Below are positions 37,258 through 51,480 of a stretch of 64,000 bases of DNA, piece after piece. Within the stretch, counting starts at the first letter, position 1. Each line of letters begins with the position of its first letter. A program made the position numbers and the translations under genes. The stretch lies in NCBI GenBank assembly GCA_964016885.1, contig OZ024743.1, positions 286,378,001 through 286,442,000 on the forward strand, in the 5' to 3' direction. Origin of the DNA: Eledone cirrhosa (taxonomy: Eukaryota). The notes beneath the pieces are model-generated. The model did not search any database. It was not told the origin of the DNA and worked only from the letters and a program-made list of their open reading frames with translations.

Positions 37258-40200
37258 TTCTTCTTCTTCTTCTTGTGGCGGCATTCACCCTGGGTCGGTT
37301 GAGCCGGCTCCGTCCAACGAATTTACCGTACCCCGAATGAAGGCCGACCAATCACGACGGTCCGACGCTATCGAAGATATGAGTGTCAGCCATTCGCGGT
37401 CCTATCGCCGAACCCCACACAGGCGTGGGCCTAAGATCAGCTCAGCGTCTTGCCTCACCGTCCTAAGTCACGTTTTCAGTTGGCCTCCATGACGTTTCCT
37501 CCATCCCAACGGAGGAGATGGATCAATGGCTTCGCTGATGAAGTTGCCCGGTTGTCGACTGAGAGGATGACCAAGACAGCGAAGACGCATCGTGAGAAGA
37601 GCCTGCTGGGAGGGGGGGGGGGGGGATTTTGCAGCGTGCACTGATTGCAGAATTCAAGATGAATTGTTGTCAGCGAACACGAACGATACGGCGTAAACAA
37701 TGATGGTCGAACACTTCGAGTTTGCACATGTCCTCTGCTCTCAGTAGCCAGGTTTCGCAACCGTATAGCAGGATTGTTCGGGCAAGGGCTTGGTAGATCC
37801 GAATTTTGGTGGTCAGTTTAATTTCATGTCTGCTCCACAGCCTAGCGTGTAGACGACAGAAGGCGAGGCGAGCGTTACCGATGCGACCATTTATATCCTC
37901 AACTCCTTGGCCCGTTGCAGTGACTATAGAACCTAGGTACTTAAAGCGATCAACCTCTTCAAGGGTTTCTCCGTCAAGGACAATCGATTGTTTTTCAGCG
38001 GGTAAGAAACCTGCATTCAGCAGCTTGGTCTTCTGTGCATTCACTTTCATGCCGAGTTTGGAGGCGAAGAACTGTAGCTTATCGATTGCCGACTGGATGT
38101 CTGTAAAGCTTTCTCCCAGAATCGCTATATCGTCAGCATGGTCCAGGTCCGACAGTTTGGAATTACGGCCCACTGTGACACCAGGAAAGTTCATGAGCGC
38201 ATGGGTGGTGATCCAATCAATAGTATAATTGAACAAGGTAGGTGACAGAACACAGCCTTGTTGAACGCCAGAGCGGATGTCGAAGAACTGGGATTCTTGA
38301 CCATAAGCGCGGACCTAAGTGCGGGCAGAAAGATAGTAGGATTTTAGCAGGTCAAGGAGATTCGGTGGCATACCATCTGCATCCATAACCTTCCAAAGCG
38401 CTCCACGATCGACTGAATCAAAAGCAGCGTCAAAATCTATGAAGCAGACGAGGGTCTTCTGCTGATAGCACCAGCGATCTCAAGCACCCGACGCAGCGTG
38501 AAAATCTCATCTGTACACCCTCAATCAGGACGAAAACCGCATTGATTTGGCCTTGTGCGTGAATCTTGTTGATTTTGAAATCGCTTTAGCAATATAGTAG
38601 CGAATATCTTAGCGGCAATGTCGATTAGGGTTATACCGCGGTAGTTGCTGCAACAGCGTTTATCGCCTTTCTTGAAAAACGGAAGCAGAACAGCGTTACT
38701 CCAGTCTTGGGGGAGGCCTTCGGATTCCCAGACACGGACAATAATTTTGTGAAGGGGTGGGGATAATATGTCGGTAGAGTGTTTAAAATCTCAGCAGGAA
38801 TACCATCTTCTCCAGACGCCTTGTTGTTTTTTAGTTTTCGAATAGTGTCAGAAATTTCACTTATCGTCGGCGGAGTGGTGTCACAATTGTATGCACAAGC
38901 AGGGATGCTTGGCATTTGAGGTATTTGAGAAGGTTGATGATTATGATTAAGTAGGGCAGCGAAATGATCACTCCAACGCTGCAATCGTTCATCAAGATTC
39001 GTGATGGCTTCACCTGGTTGGTTAAAGATGATTTCACTGCTGCCCCCAGATGATTCCGTGCTCGATCGAAGGAGATTGTATAGCTTTCTTGAGTCACCGA
39101 CAGATGAAGTATGCTCCGTGTCCTCTGCAATCTTCTGCCAGTAAGCGTTACGATCGGCTCTTGTAGATCGGGCGGACTCTCGTCCTAGACGACGGTAGTC
39201 ATTGGAACCAGCACAGCGGGCTTGTTTCGTCATATTTGCGAGATCAATTGTCTGCCCCGAGATCCAATCTTTTGCACATCTTTTGGTAGTGCCCAGAGTC
39301 TTAAAAGCTACTTCTTTGATGTTGTCCTTAAAGGGCTGCCACATATCCTCAACTGGGCTATCATCTGATTGAAGGGTATCAAGGCCGCTGAATCAGTTGG
39401 AGAACTGCATGTGGAATGAATTTTCGATGTCCTTACACTTGAGTCTGGCAACGTCATATTTTGGTGATCGAGAGGGTGTCTTGTTCGCCTTGAGATGTAG
39501 ACGCAGCTTGGCGCGGACCAGAACGTGATCAGATCCATTTTCGCTGCCGGTTTCAGCATCGCGAAATGCACGACAGTCATGGACGCTTGAGGCCCAGCGG
39601 GCTTTGATAAGTATGTGATCGATCTGGTTTTCTGTAACACCGTCGCAGGAATACCAAGTCACAAGATGGCGCCTTGGGTGCTGGAAACGAGTGCTTGAAA
39701 CTGTGAGTTGGTTTGTTGCAGCGAAGTTGATAAGACGGTCTCCGTTTGAACAGGGGTCACCGATCGCGAACGGGCCAACTACGTGTCTATTACCAGCATT
39801 ACCCGTGCCGTACGGGCATTAAAATCTCCAGCAACAACAAGATCTCTCGAGGGGATTCTATCAAAGACAGTTTGGAGACTATCATAGAATGCATCTTTGG
39901 CATCATCATCTACATCGAGGGTGGGTGCGTAGACCGCGATAACGGAAATATTGAAGAGAGCACCTTTTAGTCGAATTCGGGCCAAGCGGGGTGAGATCGG
40001 CTCCCAGGCTAAAAGCGCAGCGTTCGCTTGATCAATCAGTGCAAAAACTACGCCCTGACGTCCAGAGTTGTCCGTGGGCCCACTGTGGTAGAGATGATAA
40101 GACGCGTCAGCTTGCGGGACCTTGATAACTCGGCAGCCGATATTAGGTAATCTGACTTCTGAGAGGCAAGCGACATCGACACCGTATTCATGGAGAGAAT

Positions 40201-40678
40201 GCATCGTGAGGGCTTGAGTTTCTTCTGATTTTAGCGTCTGAACATTCCAGCATGCGAAATGGTGAAATTCTCTACGTTGGAGCATCCCAGCTTGCTGACT
40301 TGACACTCGCATCGCCGGGGCAGCGAGCGCGTCGGCTCCCGCGGACGCCATAGTAGAGGTCGTATTCAATATGGTTGGTAAATTCATGAATCAGAGTAAC
40401 AGGGGAATAGGAAATTCGCAAGCGGTCCCCAAGCCCCGCATGTATATCCCGATCAGAGGAGAGCCATCCTTGTTGCCATAGATTTTCCACAGACGCAGAT
40501 ACAAGAACGACCAGAAGCCGTCGGATCCCGATGCAGGCGCCTCTTGGGTTTTCACCAGAGCCCTGTTTGTCGGGCTGCGGCCCTAATACCGCTGGGAGGC
40601 CCTTCCAGGAACTTGAGTTCCCGACAGCATAGCTCTGACACTACCCGTTGCCACCGCCCCTGCCGTGATGAGGAAAGG
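37258..40678 (-). mobile_element. Full-length (about 3.4 kb) RTE-clade LINE, ORF disrupted
   Basis: APE endonuclease (CWNVQTL, LSEVR, VYAPT, GDFNA, IDHIL, SDH) and RT (LDHADD, FKYLGS, LLYGCETW). (AAG)n 3' tail. 9-bp TSD TTCTTGATC at 37249-37257 and 40679-40687. Confidence 0.95.
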
Positions 40679-42192
40679 TTCTTGATCGTATACTTTAAAA
40701 TGCTTCAATGCTTCCATTAACAAAAGTAATCTTGACTAAGAGCAAAATAAAAAAGAACCTCTATATTCTTGCTCAACCTGCTAGAAATAATAAACAAATC
40801 TCTCTCCAGTCATACTCCAAAATCTTTAAAAATGAAGATTATACTGCATAATGTAATTTTAAACACATTATTTAAAAAAAAAGTGGAATAGGTCATAACT
40901 AGAAATCTATTTACATAACTTCCTAAAACGTTTAGCTAAACTAAAACTGACGACCCACTTCTACTTTGGATCATTAATGGTTTCTAATTTAGGCACAATG
41001 ACAATATTTTTTTTATTGGGGGAGGAGTATATTATATCGACCCCAGGGCATTACTGTTACTTTATTTACCATGGATCATTAATATAGAGTAGCCACTAAG
41101 AGAATAAATTTAAAAAAATGAAACAAAAAAATTCTACGGTTGAATTCCTCACTCTATTCTTTTAGATTTGATAAAATAAAGTACCCCTGAAAAACTGAGG
41201 TCAATATAATTGATTATTTTTTCCATCAATATTTGTAGCCGTGTAACTGTGCTTAATGCTGATTAGTGAGTGACAGAGACGGTTGGGTGACGAATTAAGT
41301 GTGCCTCTTCTCTTCTAAACTAGTTTGATAAATTCCCCTCCGCGTAGATCCACTCCATATCGTCGTTTCTCCTCCATCTTCAGCAATGTCACCTCAACTG
41401 TGCATCAACACCCCACATATCTTTTTATCAAATCTACCCTCCTCAAACAGTAACTCTCTGGAATTTCCTCTCATCCAAATTATTAATGACAGCATCGATT
41501 GATTGATCTACAGATGTTTCAAACACAACAACACCTTTCTAATTTGCAGTAAAGTTTTAAAGGCAATTCCCTATTCTTTCTTTGACTAACTGATAATAAA
41601 CTAAACTACCGCACTCTTTTAGTTTGAGGTCATGACAGTTAATGGAATGTGCTAAATAGTAAAAAATAACAATAATAATAATAAGAACTACACGAGTTTC
41701 AAGGTTGCACGTTAGTCTTGTACAAAAGAGTAACTGTCAAGTGACAGATGTTTTCCACGTTAAAGTCGGTTACTGGACTTACAGCTTCTATTTTCAGCAT
41801 TTCTAGTACTGTTTTCATAACGTTTATCTTATAACGAGAATTAGCTATTTCTAACAAATTGAGCAAGCCATTTTCTCACGCTACTACATCACAGCAATTT
41901 TTCTTCTTTCGTTTCCACTTATGCTTTATTCTTTGATTGTTATTTCAGTTATTAGTTTGTTACTTCCTTCGCCCCAAATTCTTAAGAAGGGACAGAGAAT
42001 AAAACATTCTGACTGTACATGTTCCCAACATATTTCTGTATTTCTAGGAAGAGAAATGAGATAGTGGGAAGTTCATCATTTTGTCAAGGACATAAACGGT
42101 ACAAGAGAAATATGGCGAACTGAAGTACTAAGATTAGTACTTCGGCACTGTGAGAGAGAGCTTTAGTTCGCCGAATGGAAAAAGTCTGTGTC

Positions 42193-42380
42193 GGTGGGAT
42201 TGGCAGTATCGGTAGAGGGTCGGACGCCATGCTTTCCAGCATAGTTACGTCCCTTTACGATCTGAGTTCAAATCCCGCCGAGGTTGACTTTGCCTTTCAT
42301 CCTTACGGGGTCGATAAAATAAAGTACCAGTAATGCACTGGGTAATTGCTGGCCTTGTGCCTAAAGTAGAAACAATTATA
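42193..42380 (+). mobile_element. Full-length young tRNA-derived SINE
   Basis: A box TGGCAGTATCGG (42201), B box GAGTTCAAATCC (about 42263), conserved body and tail. Near-identical pieces at 13488, 34733 and 57997 (minus). Confidence 0.9.
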
Positions 42381-42411
42381 TATGTATATATATATATAGA
42401 GAGAGAGAGAA

Positions 42412-42462
<51 letters not shown>

Positions 42463-42488
42463 CGGATGGATGCAAACACACAAGACCC

Positions 42489-42543
<55 letters not shown>

Positions 42544-43624
42544 GGCCTGCTGAAGATACTGGCATCACTACGAGCTAGGTGGTGCCATGTTCTAGGGCGT
42601 GCGATGTCATGTGCAATAACACGTCATGTGTTTGGGATATTCCAAATACAAAGATAGATTAGGGTGGATTGGCAGAGTCGTTAGAGTGCCAGGCGTGGCA
42701 GTATTTTTAAGGCTTTTTATACATTGAGTTCAAATCCCGCCAACGTCACTTTTGTCTGTCATCTTTCCGATGTCGATAAAATAAGGTATCGATTTAATCG
42801 ACTTTCTCCTTCCCTTCAAATTGCTGACCTTGTGCCTAAACTAGAAACAATTATTTTTTTAGTGATGTTTACGTATATTTTACAGCAGTTGTACGTATTT
42901 GTGTGTATGTTGGCTGAAACGGATACATATGTGTATGTCAATTTTATTGTTCGTTTGACATTATTCCTTTCTCTCTCTCCTTACATATGTAAAAAATCTG
43001 CGAAACCTATTGTTAGCTTCCCCTGCTCACTACCGAACTCTTTCTGTCTGCTTGTTTCCTCTTTAATTTGCATTGCTTCCCCCCCCCCCCCCCCTTTACT
43101 TCTTCTTTCTTTATTTCTCCTATATATCTTCATTCCACACCTCTTTCTATAAATCACTCTTCTCTCCTTAAATAAGCCAGCCTTCTCCTCTCGATTATAT
43201 TTTTAAGCTGTTAAGAATCGCCTATCTACTGGCAATCGGTTGGTTGGACTAACACAAGTATACGTTTATCATGTGATTCGTTGGTCGCGATAGCAAGAGG
43301 CATTAACTGACGACTCTTGCCCGTTTCTTCACCAAAGTACCCTATTTGGTATTGGATAAGGTTCCGAAAACATCAAGATAAAAATAGCTTTCACTTATCC
43401 AATTACTAGGTGTTTTCGGCACTAATATTCGATAGGTAGCACAAGTGCCTTCGGAGTACAAAAAGTAACGAAGCAACAACTAACTGTGAGAGGGCAGAAA
43501 GTGAATCGAGATAAAAATGCAGAGGAAGGTGTGAAGCAAATTTCTATGTAGTACGAAGATCATACGCATGCACGCGCATACACATATATGTGTGTGTGGT
43601 ATATATTGTGTGTGTCTATGTATG

Positions 43625-44761
<1,137 letters not shown>

Positions 44762-44981
44762 TTTATTTTTGTCATGTAACACTTTATATGTAAATTGCCA
44801 TGCTATTTCATTTGATGAATGTCACCCCACTGTTGATCAATATGCACATATGTTTTATATGTCTCTTGGGTTGAAAAGGAGGTCAAGTATGTTATAAATA
44901 ACTGCTCCGAAGAATCCAAACCTCGGTTTGGAGGAAACAATTGTAAGCAAATAAATGACTTAAACTGAACTTTGATTACTG

Positions 44982-45074
<93 letters not shown>

Positions 45075-45787
45075 TGTATATATATATATATATGAGTCTA
45101 TATATATATATACACACATTAGTATAATCCAAAAGGAGGGTTCCTCTCCGTTTCAGTTGACTAGCAAGCTTGCTCGCTTCGAACTCTACATATGTATTTA
45201 TGTATTAAATTATGCACTAAGCATCCGTATTCATTAAATTAATATTTATAAATATACAGTATAGAATTTAACCGAAACTATGTAAATGTTTTTTCTTCGT
45301 CTAAATATACACATTAAGTGTAAAGACATTGTAAACATGTCAATTATGCGTATTTTTCAGTAAATAAATTTGAAAAATAATTAATATTCTTGATTGATTT
45401 TCGACCTCCTCGGAGAATATGTATATCAAGCAATCAAAGAAATACGTAACTGATGGCTTTATAAAGTGTTGTAAATATAAATCACGAAAAGACGTACTAA
45501 TTTGCATATATTTATATGTTGGTCGTTAATTTTAATATATATAAAATCGTACGTCAAGCTACCGAAGTATACGTTAAATTTATGTCGGTACATATACAGT
45601 AGAGTACTTCACCAAGACTGTGTACATTGAGTAAACAGGATGTACATATCTGATGTTCACCCAATTAGTGTTGAAAATCGATTAAGAATATTCATGATCT
45701 TTTCAATTTACGGGGAAATATGTAAATTTGTCATATTTCCCCGTAAATTTGTCATATTTACATGTTTTATATTCAACGTGTACATTT

Positions 45788-45966
45788 ACCAAATATACTC
45801 GAATATAAGCCGCGAAATATGTGGAAAAAAAATCAATAGAAGGGGTCGACTTATATTCGGGATCAATATATTGATAATTTCCACCAAATTCAAATTCTAC
45901 CTAAATAAGGTTTGGATTTTTGCACAAACATGAAATAGTGAGGTCGACTTATATACGGTAAATACT
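45788..45966. mobile_element. Degenerate Tc2/pogo-like MITE
   Basis: tatactcgaatataagccg ... tcgacttatattcg ... tcgacttatatacggtaaatac inverted motifs. Confidence 0.45.
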
Positions 45967-48736
45967 CATTTACGCAGTCTCTGCTTAACTCTGTACTGTA
46001 TGTGTACATATATAAATTTAATGTTAATGTTTGCACTAAATATCAGCTGTGATTGATTATTGTTTAACAATTTTTAATGAATTATCCCTTGCATATCAAT
46101 TGAGGTTCTATGTTGTTGAGCATGCTGTTCTGCGCAGTAATTGACGCGGTTAGCAATTCTCTACAAACAAATCTTTCCCAACCTTTATATATAAACTTTT
46201 CCAAGTTTTTTTTCTTTTTTTCAATTTGCGTAGGACAATTGTATGGCTATTATTGAAATATTCACCAAGTTCCATAGTCGTAATAGTAGCGTTTCCAGCG
46301 CCTATGAATTTGGAAGACCCTCTCATGGCTCTTCCTTTAGGCTGAAGTTTCTATTTCTGAAATGAGAAAACCACTTGTTCAACATGATCTTTCGAATACT
46401 GCCCATTGCTTTCGATGGATTTTGCTGCTACACTTGTGTTTACTCTTCCATGAAACTATGTGTGTCTATGTTTATGTTTGTGTGAGATGTGTTTAAATTT
46501 ACATTCATATGTACATGCATACACACAAACACGCTGAGGGCGGTGAATCGGCAAAATTGGTAGAGCGTCGGATAAAATATCATTACGGTATTTGTTCTTA
46601 CATTCTGAGTTCAAATCTCGCCAATGTGAACTTTGCCTTTCATTCTTTCGATGCCTTTCATCCTTCTGGTGTCGATATAATAAAGTATCACTCAAGTACT
46701 GGGGTTGATTTAAATAAGTTTGCACTCGCCTTAAATTTGCTCGCCTTGTGCCTTAAAAATCAATTTCTGTTTTCGCTACCAACATATAAGTATAGAGATC
46801 TTTATTGCGTCTACCTGGATGCAATAAGGATATTTGATAGCTCTTTTTCTCAATAAAAATCGTTCCCATTTGGAATTCATTTTTCTCTTATCTTTCGAAA
46901 CTCACTCTATTTTGGCCTTTAAGAAAATAGTCGCCTCTTCAGATGTGTCCAAATTCTTTTAGGTACGAATCTAAACCGGTCAATAGTAAACTGTTACTTG
47001 CCCAATTAAGATTATAATAGACATGTATATGAATGTTTACTGTATAATTATTGGGAAATTTATTTTTAGTTTTCTTTTTTTTTTCTATCCTGTAAGTTTT
47101 ATTACTTTTTTTCTTTTCGTTTTCAGTCTGTACTAGTTAAACAAAAAGAAAAAGAAGAATCTCATTGGTTAAACTTCAGGGATTTGCCTTTCAGAAAATG
47201 TGTTGTGGCATCACTTTCTCGCAGTGTTAAATTTATTCACTTTGTAAATTACAGAGTTATGTTATCTTTCTGTGTATTAGTATTTAAAGTTAAATACTAA
47301 AATGTGGTATGAAATATTTTTTTACTGTATGTAAATGGATTTAAGCACAAATACTTAAAGATGAAGTAAATTGTTAAGTTAACATTTAGAAAATAACTAC
47401 CGACATATGGGAGTCAGGCAACTTATTAAAAAATTAATATTTGGTTTAATATAACACTCAGCGGAAACACCTCGGAATTAATATCTCATCACTAGAGTGG
47501 CATAAATAAGCGTTCTGTGGTCTAATTAGTCATATTCGTTAAAAAATATAATGTTAAGTAAAGTCAGCAGTGCGTCTTTACTGGTTTATAAACTACTCTA
47601 AAGACCTTAGAGTATTACTTGGTATAAAGTTCTGTTAATTAACAAATTAATTTCAAATGTAATTAAAAACGGAATAAAAATGTTATTACATATAATTACA
47701 TATATATTGACATAAATTTGGGAGCTAACGAGGGAAGCCTGTAAGCTGTTGCCCGAATTCTAGAAGTAACAACCAAAACTACCGCCACACACAGGCGACT
47801 TAAAATAGATCTGGCATGTAAGGAACATGTTCTCTATTTGATGATTTCGTTTTCTGCTCCATACTGATTTTACGAGGACGCCCTAATATCTCATATTCTA
47901 TATTTGACTAGTATTTTAGCTAAAATTATTAGTATCAAAGAAATAAAGTCCTATCCTCGGAGAGGTGACCCAAATCCTCAAAGTAGGCCTATTCTATCAA
48001 CACAGTGAGTCTTTCAATTACTTTTCGTCTTCAGTCGAGTGTGGTGATAATCCCTCGTTGACCGACGTATGCATTGTCCACAGGCTAAACAAGTAAAGGT
48101 CACATGCTAAGTCTGGGTGTGTTCACAAATAGCAACCTTTTCCCACCAACACAGTGTGCCCGTTATACATTTTACTTTGTGCAGGACAGAGATACATCGA
48201 TGTTTTCTAATTTACTATTAAATCATTTGCCGAAACAGTAGCATGAATTTCGTGTGAATATTTAAAAAAACAGACATTTATTAAACAAGGAAAAGATGTT
48301 TTGAAGTCGATTATACGCGAGTCGACTAAAAAATTCATAGGCTGACCAAGATACTCTCAAGGAATTACTAAATGGGGTTAATTTTCCACATAGTCCCTGG
48401 AAAGAAACACTGCAGTTGTTAATACGAATAGTTGAAATTAATGAATGCAAGATTTCACAGCTCTAGCATCAATCCTTCATAGTCAGCCTATGAACTTTTC
48501 AGCCGGCAGTCGTATAATATGTAATTGTATATTCAATATTGAACATGGCAGGAAGAATGATATAAAGCAACTGCAAGGACAAACTGCAAAGGACAAACGG
48601 TGAATGCTGTCCTCAGATCCCAGACTAAAAAATACATTTCTTGACCATGAGTGATCCAGGGGAAACAGTAGATATAATAATTGTTTAAAATTTAAGATTA
48701 ATGCCACCAGCAATTTAAAGAGATATACAAGTCTAT

Positions 48737-48924
48737 TAGTGACGGCTCTTTATCTCTTGAATACGAATCCCACTGTAGTAAACATTGCCTTTAATACTTC
48801 CTGGGTTGATAAATATAGTCAAGAACTGGTTCTTGACTGGTACTATATTTATCAATCCTGGAAATATTAAAGGCAATGTTTACTTAAGTGGGATTCGTAT
48901 TCAAGAGGTCAAGAGCCGTCACTA
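48737..48924. repeat. Fold-back palindrome of a decayed SINE
   Basis: Arms tagtgacggctctt...gataaatatagt and actatatttatc...aagagccgtcacta around an internal hairpin agtcaagaac-tg-gttcttgact. Confidence 0.85.
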
Positions 48925-49134
48925 AATGATGCAAAGCTTTTGACGATGCTCTAGCGATTCTGCCAATCTACTACCGAAGATAATAGCTGCACAAGTTGCA
49001 ATGACCTTCCACACAGACCAGCATCATCAATCGTTCAACACGAATGACTGTATAAAAGAATTACCAGCAATATTTTGTGGTTTTAAAATTGCAAGTAAAC
49101 TCTCATGTGTATTACGAAACTTGCAGCAGCAACA

Positions 49135-51480
49135 ACAATAATAATAATGCTTTCTTTATTAACCACAAGGGTTTACAGCCCTCCACGTAGCGGGTGTTGA
49201 TTGCAGATGGACCGCCTGACCATCGGAGAGCGTCCCTTCCACAAAAGGCGAAAGAGCAAACGCTCCAGCGCAGTTAGGCGAGGCTTAAGACAAGACACGA
49301 CGGTCAGGCGGTAGTAGATGACGGACGCGATGTACGCATTCGCCACCTCCGCTCGACCTTTCAGGGATAGCTTCTTCTCTGCCCATTTCTGGGTGAGAGA
49401 AGCCACCCTGCTCGTCACCTCGTCCCAGTCTTTGTCCGTCTGGAGGTCCGGACCGAACCAGAGCCCTAGCAATTTAACCGGTCCGTCCGTCCAGCGTCCG
49501 ACGACGCTGTTGGACGGCATGGGCCTGCCTCTCCAGGTGCCGAGCTGCAGGCCCACTGACTTTTCCTGGTTGATCATTGCTCCTGTCACCGCCTCGTATT
49601 CTCTTAGTGTAGTGCCGATCGCCTCGATTTGTTTGGCGTTCGACACCACTACGGTGACATCGTCTGCATATGTTGACACGGATCTTCCGCATCCCAGTTC
49701 GCGCGGGACCCCCCTCAACGTCTCCAGTTTGTGCAGTAATGGCTCGAGAGTCAATACGTACAACAGGGACGAGAGGAGACAACCTTGGCGGACCGAGCGC
49801 ATGATGTTGAACGGTTCCGAAAGGCGGCCGTTCACTCTCACCACAGAGCAGATGTCGCTGTGCATGGCAGCGATCCAGGCTCTGAAGACGGGCCCCAAAC
49901 CAGTCGCCCTCAGGACTGCCACCAGATAACGATGGTCGACTCTATCCAAGGCTTTCGACTGATCTAAATTGATCAAGGACCCACCCGTGCCCGGTTCCCT
50001 AGCTACCCTCTCCACGATGTATCGCATGAGGTGGAGGTTGTCGTGGATGGATCTGTCTGGGATTGCGCATGTCTGCGTCTCTCCCACCAGACCACCAACG
50101 ACAAGCGCCAACCTCTTTGCTAGCACCTTGGCCAAAATCTTGAACTCTGTGTTTAGCAGAGTTATGGGCCTGAAATTATTCATGTTATCGCCCTCGTTCG
50201 GATCCTTTCTCAGCAGCGCCACAGCTCCTCGGCTTACAGAGCTGGGAATTCTCCCGTTCTGTTTCCAGTTGCAGTAGACGTCCGCCAAGAGTTCTCCGAT
50301 CAAGTCTGGCATGTGTACGTAAAGTTAGTAGGGCAGACAATCCAAACCAGGCGATTTACCCCTTGTGCAGCCAGTCATTGCCTCCCGTACTTCAGCGGCT
50401 GTTATCGGCTTTTCGCAACACTCCGGCTCAGTGGCCGAGAGCTGCGGCAGTCCGTCGAGGTAGGCACTAAAGTCCATCCCGCGATCCGGCCCGCCGTTGC
50501 CCCCGAAAGCTGGGCGAAGTGTCGCTGAAAATCTTCACACATTTGCCGGGGATCGAGTAGCATGCGCCCGTCGTGGTCCACCAAAGACCGGATCGTGGCT
50601 TTGTTGTCATGACGCGCCTCCGCCACTCGGGCCCATTGAACGGCTTTCGTCCCCTCGTGTCTGAGAGCATGCACCCTAGCTCTGACAACGCAGCCTTCGT
50701 GCTTTGCATTGAAGAATTGGTCGAGGGCCAATTTCGCCGCAAGCACGTCGGTCGCAATGCCTTTACTCAGCGCCTCGTCTAATTTTCTAACTAATTCTCC
50801 CTCTGCTCTATTTTTCTCTATTGCTAACGCCTTACTAAACCTAATGTACTCTATTCTAATCGCTTTTTTCAGAGCAAACCACCATTTGTTGTTGATGATG
50901 GCCCCCGTTAATGCCCGCTTATCAACCTCACAGATCACGAATTTGTGGTCCGTGTAGTCGACTATTTTGAATTGTGGGCAGCCTATGCTAGACCTATCTA
51001 TTTCCTTACAAAATACCCTATCTAGATATAATCTGGATGACCCGACGCGGTTTGTCCATGTCCACATTGGCACATTCGGGAAATCCAGACGGTACCTGTC
51101 AGACAGTTGAAAACGTCTGAGCAGGTTTGCGAGGCTTTTACACCCTCCTCTCCTATCTGCTAATCCCACAGAGTCCCAGCGTGCATCTAAGATCCCGTTC
51201 CAGTCGCCCACTAACACTAAAGAGCGGGACGTTCCAAGAAAAGTCTCCAGACGCCGGAAGAAATCAAGCCGCCCTGCTCCTGTCGGGGCATAGACGGTCA
51301 CTAGCCTGAACGCTTGCCAGTCTCCGCTGGTCACGTCCAGCACCACCAGCTTACCTTCTGGGTCCAAGAAGACTCGAGATCCAGACTTCTCCGGAACAAC
51401 ACCCCTCCCCCCACCCCTTCTGGGACGGCTTGGTGATGTGTACACCTCGTAGCTGCCGAAAATGGGTGCGAATGCCCGTA
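49135..51480 (-). mobile_element. Tx1/L1-clade LINE ORF2 (APE plus RT), 5'-truncated and internally deleted
   Basis: VYAPT, GDWN, LDR, TDH (APE); NFRPITLLN..KILAK, LDQSKALDRVDH, SVRQGC, YADD (RT). Joined to a 3' end with AATAAA and (ATT)n. Confidence 0.92.

Noticed and set aside
42193-42280. tRNA gene
   Set aside because: A and B boxes are present but the spacing is extended, there is no cloverleaf, and it continues into a multicopy SINE body.
47091-47128. gtaag...ttttcag mini-intron or host exon boundary
   Set aside because: Too short, with no flanking ORF support.
48400-48630. Possible hAT dimerisation-domain remnant (similar weak signal at about 18930-19110)
   Set aside because: Too degenerate to support by eye.
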